The translations under genes were made by a program, and so were the position numbers. Of a DNA stretch of 64,000 nt, positions 54,726 through 64,000 are shown piece after piece. The stretch lies in assembly GCA_951406725.2 (NCBI GenBank), contig OX597815.1:70928001-70992000 (forward strand), given 5' to 3'. The DNA comes from Octopus vulgaris (Eukaryota). The notes below the pieces were generated by a model. It worked only from the letters and a program-made list of their open reading frames with translations, had not been told where the DNA came from and searched no databases. The number at the start of each line of letters is the position of its first letter. The stretch's first letter is position 1.

Positions 54726-55255
54726 TAAATTCTCAGAAAATTCGATCTTCCATCATGAGATGAAAATATTTGCCCAACTCCGTTATGGAAAAAGACAAAC
54801 AGTTTAATTCATCTAACGAAGGCTGACAACCTATTTAAGGACGTAAAGTAATAGCAAATAATAAAATTTAAATGAAATTTCACAAAGAACAGCAAAAACA
54901 AATATGATGCGACATCTTTGTGATAAAGGGAAAAAGTAGAAAATTGAAAACCAATTTTAATAGAACATTTTTTTCGAAAGTAAATTATGGAAGTTGTACT
55001 AATTAATTTAGAACAAGGAATATTGTTATTTCTATTAGAATTTTTAGTTAAAACAAAATCTAGACAGTAATAGGAGATTCATACTTGATGATCAGAAATG
55101 TTTTTTTCCCCCAGCCAGTAAACACGAACCTTTGAAACTCCGAGAGTTTCACTTTGATTTATCAATAATATTGGTATCTGAAGTCGTGTTTGATACAACA
55201 CTGAATTTTATCGGAGATAACAGCAGAGGTGCACGTACATATACATATACATACA

Positions 55256-55368
<113 letters not shown>

Positions 55369-55396
55369 GTGTGTGTGTGTGTGTGTGTGTGTGTGG

Positions 55397-55703
55397 AGGC
55401 GCAATGGCCCAGTGGTTAGGATAGCGGACTCGCGGTTGTAGAATCGCGGTTTCGATTCCCAGACCGGGCGTTGTGAGTGTTTATTGAGCGAAAACACCTA
55501 AAGCTCCATGAAGCTCCGGCAGGGGTGCGGGCGAGCCCTGCTGTACTCTTTCGCCACAACTTCCTCTCACTCTTTCTTCTGTTGGCCTGCTCGTTTAGCC
55601 AGCGGGCTGGCGTCATTTGAAGGCTATAACAATACAAAGCGTATTGTGACCAGCGAGGTGTAGCAACATCTGATATCCTGGTCGGTCACCGTGATCACGG
55701 TGA
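55397..55703 (+). mobile_element. tRNA-derived SINE (family D)
   Basis: TGGCCCAGTGG A box and GGTTTCGATTCCC B box, then a ~230-bp non-tRNA body; inserted between microsatellites. Confidence 0.75.
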
Positions 55704-55733
<30 letters not shown>

Positions 55734-55734
<1 letters not shown>

Positions 55735-56570
55735 GAGGGGAAACGTTCTCTGTGGTACAAGCCCATTGTAGTTCAGGCTTCCGCCGCTAGAAGTTACTTG
55801 ATGCAACCCTCAGGCGTCGTTGGGTGAAGTCGTACTGCCACGTGGTGCGTCTTTGTTATGCACCCCTCTTCATCGATTTTTGTGATGGCTGAAATGAAGG
55901 ATGAGCGTGCTTCCGTGAAATTCTATTTTCTGCTGGAGAAACGGCGACCGAAACAGTTGTGATGTTTCAAACAGCTGACACGAACGCTGTCATGAGCAAA
56001 ACAAGTTTACGAGTGGTTTTCACGCTTTAGGAATTGTCACTTGTCGCTTGAAGACCAACCTCGTTCAGGGCAACCATCGACCTCCCGAACGAATGAAAAT
56101 ATGAAAATGGCCGTCGCCAAACAATTGATGAACTTGTTGATATAACTAGTGTGTGGTAGAGCTCTTGCTGAAGAATTTCGAACGAGGAATTGCGAATGAA
56201 AAGAGTTGCAGCAAAATTTGCTCCTCGTTTGCTCAGGGAAGATCAAAAGCAGTCACGACTGAATGCGTGTCGTGAACTGAAAGAAGAGTTGGAAATTGAT
56301 CCGGATCCTTTTTCGAAGGTCATCACTGGTGACAAAATCTGGTGCTACGGAATTTGCAGATGTGGGAGAGGTGAAGGAAAAAACGACGATGGCATTAAAA
56401 GGCATCACCTCGCAAGAATCCCGGGACAGCTTCGAACCGTGGAAAACGGGTCCTGACCGATGCATTGCTTCAAATGGAGAATACTTTGAATGCAATAAAG
56501 GTGTAAACATGTAAAAATAAGTGAATAAAATAATATTGCAAAATTCCGGTTTCTTTTGGTTACCCTCGCG
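55734..56570 (+). mobile_element. Mariner transposon, internally deleted
   Basis: LEDQPRSGQP, MKRVAAKFAPRLL, KVITGDKIWCY, DRCIASNGEYFE; TA flanks; left TIR degraded. Confidence 0.9.
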
Positions 56571-56668
56571 TATATATATAATGAGGCAAATAAACAAGTA
56601 AACCCTCTTGGGTTTGATGTATAAAATATACATACATACATACATACATACATACATACATACATACA

Positions 56669-56704
<36 letters not shown>

Positions 56705-57014
56705 TATATAGAGAAGCAAAAACTGAAAATATTCATTAGATGAACATCCATGCATAAGTATATAGATATTTAACGTCTCTCCACTCCGAAGACGGAGGCC
56801 GGATTAACGGTAATGTTTATATGCATCCACTACAGGTTGCATGTTCTTGACTTTTTGTATCATTATCGCCATGTCTACTCATCTGGATTCCTCTTATAGT
56901 TGCTCTTTAGCCCACGGACTTAGTCCTCGATAACGATTTCAGAGTGGAAATTCAAATAATTTTCTATGTTGAGCAGCTCTGAATGTCACCTGTTAACTCT
57001 CTGTATGCACACGC

Positions 57015-57104
<90 letters not shown>

Positions 57105-58017
57105 ACACACACACGTACACATATATACTGACGTTATGTCATCATGATCGCAGTGTCATTATGCGAGACATGAGAGAGCCAGAAAGAGTTGCGTTCGTTA
57201 GCGTCCCAAGAACAACATCAGACAGAAATAACGCGAGATGATTTGTCTTCAAAGAATATGTGATTATACATAGATTTTTATTGATGGTGGTTGGAAGAAG
57301 CTTTGAAGCGTTAGAGACATCAGATAAGGTTAGAGAGTAACAAGACTCGTAAAGTTTATTATGGTTAACAAAAATTCAGACGGAAGGAGGCGTGACAGGA
57401 AGAGTGGATTCTACGTCGAAGCTGACTGATGTCACCTTTCGGAACAGAAACAGGTTAGAAGTAAAGTGTGAAAGGCGTGTGTTATTAGGAGTGACAAATG
57501 GGGGTTCGGAAGAAGCCGAACTATATGAATGTCTGTATTGAGGGGAGGGAGAAGAGGAAGAAACGGAAGAGGAGGAAAACTTGTTTACTGGATTCAGTGT
57601 TATTCCTATTTTGTTTAATTGTTTCATTTAGATGCCATTAATGCTATTTGTCGGAGAAGGAAGTGCACGATGCGACTAAGATAAAAGATTTAATCCGAGC
57701 TTTGGACTACCCAATTGCGTCAGACGCATAATTAATGCGCTTACATCTCAACAACAGTCTTTTCTGAATAGCATTGATTACACATATCAATGAGCACCTC
57801 TGTTTATGGAAGACGGGTGATTACCTTTCCCTATGAACATTTGTTTATAGGTTTACATACGTTATTTATATATTAGGATTTTATATAGGTTTGTATGTAC
57901 GTATATATATATATACACACATATATATGTATACACACACAATATATATGCACATATACACAAACACATATATATGCATATATATATACATATATGTATA
58001 TATACATATTTATTTAT

Positions 58018-58104
<87 letters not shown>

Positions 58105-58260
58105 GTATATACATATATACATACATATATACATATATATACATATATAATTAAAGTCAAAACAAGGGTGAAAAAATTGGATATTAATTAATAACATCAA
58201 TTTCAACACCAAGTGGCCTAGCGTATAAAAGACTGGGATTCAGTAAATATTTTTAATACA

Positions 58261-58393
58261 AGACTATGAGAGAGGGTCCACTATGTGGACGCTCTAACGT
58301 TAGATATTGAGACAATTCCTTGGTGGTGGATTCCCTTTGCGGATCTATATCTAGCGTTAGAGCGTCCACATAGTGGACCCTCTCTCATAGTCT
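58261..58393. repeat. 47-bp inverted repeat (one mismatch) with 39-bp spacer
   Basis: 58261-58307 vs 58347-58393. Confidence 0.9.
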
Positions 58394-58520
58394 CGTTTAT
58401 ACATATATATATACATATATTTATATTATATATATATACATATATCTATATATATATACATAGACACATATATACACATATATATATATGCACACACATA
58501 CATATATATATATACATATT

Positions 58521-59051
58521 TATACCAATTAAGGACTGAACACGAAAAGGTGGACAGTCAACATGCTAGATATAGACGTCAAATCGCCATTCTCCACAAA
58601 GATTTTGTTCTCAAATAAAAATAAAATTCAGCACGACCTAAAGCAATAATTTTAATCTTCGGATTCTTTTTAATGTGCTAGACCACTGGTTTTAATTGAC
58701 TAATATCAATTTCTACCCTTAATTTTTAAATATGAAATATATGTTCTCAAACCGATAAATTGACTGCTGCTAATTATTAGCTGCAGGCTGGTTTTTCGAT
58801 TATCAGCGCGCCAAAAGTGGAGGCATTTGAAAGATACATCTGAACGTAATAAGTTGTACTTTTTGCATGCGGGACTCCGGTACCGTTTTTCATCTAGTAC
58901 AGCATATTATGCTCATAACAAACTACGCTGACGAAGCTACAGATATCCTTGTGATATTAATAGCTGAAACTGTTGTGGAGAATGGCGATTTGACGTCTAT
59001 ATCTAGCATGTTGACTGTCCACCTTTTCGTGTTCAGTCCTTAATTGGTATA
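58521..59051. mobile_element. Fold-back element with perfect 79-bp inverted arms in (TA)n, with a partial HHR core
   Basis: 58521-58599 vs 58973-59051; CTGACGA-AGCTA..TAGCT-GAAAC at 58928-58970. Confidence 0.82.
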
Positions 59052-59109
59052 TATATATATACATATATATATATATACAAATATATGTACATATATATAT
59101 ATACATATA

Positions 59110-59158
<49 letters not shown>

Positions 59159-59397
59159 TTATATCATACACACACATATATATATAAATACATATATATT
59201 ATACATATATACATGCATATATATTATACATATATATACATATATACATATATACATATGCATATTTATATATATGTATATATATATATATGTATATATA
59301 TATATACTTATATGTATATATATACATATATATACATATATATATACATATATATACATATATACATATATATATAAATATATACACATATATATAT

Positions 59398-59693
59398 ACT
59401 CTTTTACTCTTTTACTTGTTTCAGTCATTTGACTGCGGCCATGCCGGAACACTGCCTTTAATCGAGCAACTCGATCCCGGGACTTATTCTTTTGTAAGCC
59501 CAGTACTTATTCTATCGGTCTCTTTTGCCGAACATAAACACACCAGCATCGGTTGTCAAGCAATGATAGGGGGACAAACACAGACACACACACACTCATA
59601 TATATATACATATATACGACGGGCTTCTTTCAGTTTCCGTCTACCAAATCCCTGTAAGTGGATTTGGTAGACGGAAACTGAAAGAAGCCCGTC
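59398..59693 (-). mobile_element. SINE family B, 5'-truncated with a 34-bp fold-back
   Basis: 59618-59651 is inverted at 59660-59693. Confidence 0.85.
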
Positions 59694-61247
59694 AAACTAG
59701 TTCATTTCGTGTTATTACAATCTACTCGGCTGTAATGAGCACCATGTCGGTGCAGGTGCAGCACTCATTCCATCAAATTGTCACATCCTGGATGCAGTGC
59801 AAGGTCAAGACGAGGAAGACCGATACGATGTTTATGTCTGCCCGCGATTACCTACTAAAATAATCAGTAACAGCGTGGTACATGCTACTAAGTGATACTC
59901 ACTTGGAAATTTGACTATGATACTAAACGTAAGCACAGACAATGGCAATATCTGCTGAACCTCAGATACACAATCCCCTTGATAGCGCTACTGAGAGAGT
60001 TTATTGGATTTTAAAATTGTACGAAACTTATTTTTATACGCATGCAAACCTGTTCGCTCTTTTACTATCAGATGAAAATATATAGCCAACATTCAACTAC
60101 AGTATATTAATACTACATTTTATTTCTTGCTAACCTATTTTTGATAGAGTGCAATGCATTAAATGGTTTTATCGTTAAATATGTTATTTCATACAGAATT
60201 CATACAATTACAATGAAATATACATTATTTAAAAAAAATAATCTATAATTAATCTAGCATTTAGTTTAACGTATTGCCTCGTGGGCCCGCGAACATATGT
60301 AAATTGATCTCACGATCATCTTAATCCAACACCAACCACATTTTCTAGATAGAGCACTTATACATTTAAATATTATGCTGCCGGCTCCTTACCATTTTTA
60401 TAATCAGTTTGCTGTTTCAGCTGCCTCAGAGACTGATTATTTCTTGGAATTGCTTTTGCTTTTTCCACGTTCATTTCTCCATAGAATTATCCTCATTCTT
60501 GTTTCTTTAATTCCATTTAAAATTCTGTCTCTTTCTCACCTTCTCTGTTTCCCTCTGTTTCTTTTCCTCTCACTTTCTGTTTCTTTCTATGAGCTTCCTT
60601 CCTTGTCTCTTTCTTTGTCTCTCTGTCTACCCCAGAGCCTTCTCAATGCTTCCATAAACAACTTCCATCAACACACAATTGTTTATTTTCTCAAGATGTG
60701 TATTTAAATCCTTTCTCGAACAGTTATTTGATTAGATTTTCACATAGAATCTTGTCACTATTTGGACGTCACATGTACTATAGTCTGTAGTACACCAATT
60801 ATGTATTGTTCTTCTAACAAAGCTGATGTGTTTCCTACAGAGGCTGATATACAAATAGCAGCAGAAACATTATGTATAACTTTCACAAAGATATTTTTAA
60901 AAATCCCAATTAAGCTATGACCCACTGGGCAAGTCTATTTAGCATTTTTATTATTTGGAAAGTGCAATTTTAAATCTCTGCGGGGGGATTCAGCTTAAGA
61001 ATTTGAATATCGTACCCCATTATCTTTTGTGCGTTTCTGAGTATGATTTATTGTGCACATATTTGCACTTTTATTTCCACATTGAATCCATTTGACCTCT
61101 AAACAATACGGTATTATATGACAAGCATTTCATGGCTTGTTTCACTTCAGTTAAGGAACTTTCTTCAGATTCTTCAGTTTGTTACTTTATTGTGTATGAT
61201 TACCGTTTATAATTAGTTGTATGAGTAAGTACCTCGTTTGTTTAGAT

Positions 61248-61564
61248 CAGTCGTTCTCAACCCTTGGGGGTCCACACAAAAAGTTTGGGGGTCTACGCAA
61301 CAAAATAGAAAATTACGGATCCACAATAGGGCCCTTAAAAAATTTGCTTTAGATGTGTGTATTGGTATTTATTGCAAGATACGGCTCAGTTTCTTCCTCT
61401 AACATTTTACATAGTTCAACCTATATAAGATAATGTACGAAATAGGAATTTTGAAAGTAGTATCTACAAAACTAGTTTATAAACATCGAATGGCTACGGG
61501 GGTCCACCAGAGTAAAATTGTAATCAAAAGAATCCATAGATAAAAGAGGGCTGCGAACCCCTTA
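61248..61564. mobile_element. hAT (Charlie-type) MITE
   Basis: 8-bp TSD GTTTAGAT (61240-61247, 61565-61572); imperfect TIRs CAGTCGTTCTCAACC / GGCTGCGAACCCCT. Confidence 0.8.
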
Positions 61565-61644
61565 GTTTAGATATATATTTAGAACGACAACGATTTGCTA
61601 TAATCATCTCTTCAATAGTAGAATGGCCAGTTGTTAGTTATCAG

Positions 61645-62011
61645 TCTTATCTTTTACCTTTTACCTGTTCCAGTCATTCGACTGCAATCATGCTGGTACA
61701 CGGCCTTAAAAGGGATTCATTAAACACATCGATCCCAGCGCATATTTTTTAAATTTGGTGCTTATTCTAATGGATCGCTTATGTTGAACCGTGAGGTTAC
61801 AAGGATGTAAACGAAGCTGGTTGTCAAGCGGTGGTGGTGGACCAATTCACACACATGCGCGCGTGCGCGAAGCATACACGTCTGCCCGCATATGTATATA
61901 ACAAAGCTCCCCAATTTTGCGGTGTATATATTGCAACTGTTGTTTACTAAAATCCCGGTCCGATCAAATCACGTGGTAGAACTTGTTAAATGGAAACTAC
62001 ATGGAAGTCTG

Positions 62012-62012
<1 letters not shown>
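61645..62012 (-). mobile_element. SINE family B, old copy
   Basis: CTTTTACCTGTTCCAGTCATTCGACTGC..GGTTGTCAAGCG. Confidence 0.6.
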
Positions 62013-62042
<30 letters not shown>

Positions 62043-62049
62043 TTTATAT

Positions 62050-63925
62050 ACAAATTGAGATAGGGGTTGTAAATGCAACCCTCTATGGGATAACATGCGT
62101 CCGCGCACGCCTTGTGCGGGCGCGTCCGTGCATGTGCATTAACGTGTGCACTCTCGCGCGCTGTGCTCGCGGACATTCGCGTGTACTTGTACGCGTGTTC
62201 TTGTGTGTATCTTGGTGATCGTGTGTGCGAAAGGGACGTGTGCGGGTGTGCCCGACCATGAACTCGCGTGTCCGTGCGGGGGCGTGCATGCACATGTATG
62301 TGCATGTGGGTGCATTCCGGCGTATCCACTTATACTTTCTATATTAGGTTTATCTTTGTGCCCTCCTTAATTTGTATTCCATTTTATTTATCTATACATG
62401 GATATATATATATATTCATATTTATTTATTTAATTATTTATTTTTGTTTATTTGACACTTACTAATCTATAATTAATTTAATTTATAATTAATAAACTTA
62501 TTCTAAATTAATAGTAATCTCTGTAGGTGTGTGAAAATGTGTATGTGTACGTATGTATGTTTTTGTACATATAGGTATGATCGTGGGTGGATGTACGGAT
62601 GTATGTTTTTATTAAACATATGAGCACGCAGGTGCGTACTTGGATATGTATATATGTATATGCGAATATTCATTCATGGGTGGATATAAATATAGGTTTT
62701 ATTTGTACGTATGAGTGCGCAGATATATATTTAAATATATATATATATGTGTGTGCGAAAGTTCCCTGACACAGTATAGGAAAGTGTATTAATATTTATG
62801 CGTATATGCGGATGTGCGTGTGAGTGTGTGTGTTAGTGTTAGACACTGCTGCCTGTACTGATATGTCTATAAGCCATGCGTTGAGAGACATGCACTCTGC
62901 AATTTATTGAATTTGTAGAGATGTGTCGGGGTGTATTCATTCATGTGTGTGTGCATGTGTGTGTGAGTTTCTGTGTAGATGTGTGGGTTTAGGGTTAGAT
63001 GTGGATGTGTATGTTTTGCTTGTGCGGTGTGGTGGAGGTCGGGCGGCTCTCAATTGACCAACCGTGAGAAAGATAATGATAATTTTAAATTCAAATCCAA
63101 TAGTGTATTTATGTCATAAGGAAAATTATTAACTGGAACCCGGACATACATATATACCGCTCTGGATCCTAATGTAAGCGTTATTAATAATATCATGAAT
63201 GATAATAATGGTAGCATTAATGGTATTGACAACGATAATGATGCTAACTTTAATGACACTTTAGAAATTATTATGAAGTAATATAATGTACTATTGACTA
63301 TGTATATTTGCATCTAGGTACTAATTTGTGTATGTTTATTATCACAATATTAAGTCGAAAAACTGAGACATTAGATGTGGAACACATATATATGTTTGCT
63401 AATTTATATTATTTATTTATATCATTATGTATATGTATATTTTTATATGTATAAGAGTGTGAGTATATGCACTCATATGTATATGTTGTTGTATTATGGG
63501 TATGCACCCACACCCATGTGGGTATATATGTAGACTGATTTATATTACATAATCTCCGAAGAGGCCTTATGATATTTTTGTAAATGTCTCATTTATATCT
63601 ATATATTGACCAACCATAAAGGGCTAATATTGGTAAAATAAGACATACTTATCTACATGGCCGAAACAGCTGTAAGATGTAATCTATACTTATATTTATA
63701 TTTACTTATATTTATATTCTCTTTTATATATATTCTACTTATTATACAACATTACTCTTTTATGTACACTTTTTTATGTACATTCCTTTATGTACACTGA
63801 TTTGTTCTGCTTTTTATATTTAACCCTACAGTCTCTTATGCGGTGGCTTAATAAAGTATGTGATTGAGTATTATCTGGTAATTGATATTTGATTTAGATG
63901 TATTTCTCCATTTTCTTATCTTGTA
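62050..63925 (+). mobile_element. PLE-like non-coding 3' region with HHR
   Basis: Same architecture as 17270-19215 (alternating purine/pyrimidine tract, then an HHR with a GGCC-closed stem II); TA-rich flanks; no ORF seen. Confidence 0.6.
63544..63683 (+). ncRNA. Type I hammerhead ribozyme motif (U4C variant)
   Basis: ATTAC..ATCT-CCGAAGA-GGCC..GGCC-GAAA-CAGCTG-TA-AGAT-GTAAT. Confidence 0.78.
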
Positions 63926-63929
63926 TATA

Positions 63930-64000
63930 TCTTTATATATATAAAACTGAGAATATGTGTCTGTCTGTCTGTGTGTTTCCCTAAAACTTGAGAACTACAC
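63930..64000 (+). mobile_element. Probable 5' end of a non-autonomous Helitron-like element
   Basis: A|TCTTTATATATATAAAA followed by (TGTC)n; runs off the window. Confidence 0.5.

Noticed and set aside
55397-55470. Functional tRNA gene
   Set aside because: A/B boxes are present but there is no clean cloverleaf or T-run terminator, and it continues into a SINE body

Overview
AT-rich eukaryotic (animal) non-coding DNA, almost entirely transposon-derived. The repeat families and microsatellite density suggest a cephalopod, probably Octopus (inference, no search run). I cannot support any intact host gene; most ORF-track entries are microsatellite artefacts. Recognisable content: degenerate DNA transposons (hAT, Merlin, two mariners, a hAT MITE, a non-autonomous Helitron), LINE remnants (R4/Dong-type RLE, CR1-like, Tx1/L1-like), several tRNA-derived SINE families, and Penelope-like element (PLE) fragments. 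The strongest hidden signal is about ten minimal type I hammerhead ribozyme (HHR) motifs, several inside small fold-back or tandem non-coding units embedded in (TA)n tracts. Other signals are a co-oriented cluster of Dong-like LINEs plus a ~540-bp non-coding element in (TAA)n tracts, and a SINE that shares its 3' tail with the CR1-like LINE. Ribozyme and inverted-repeat coordinates were read base by base; other element boundaries are approximate.
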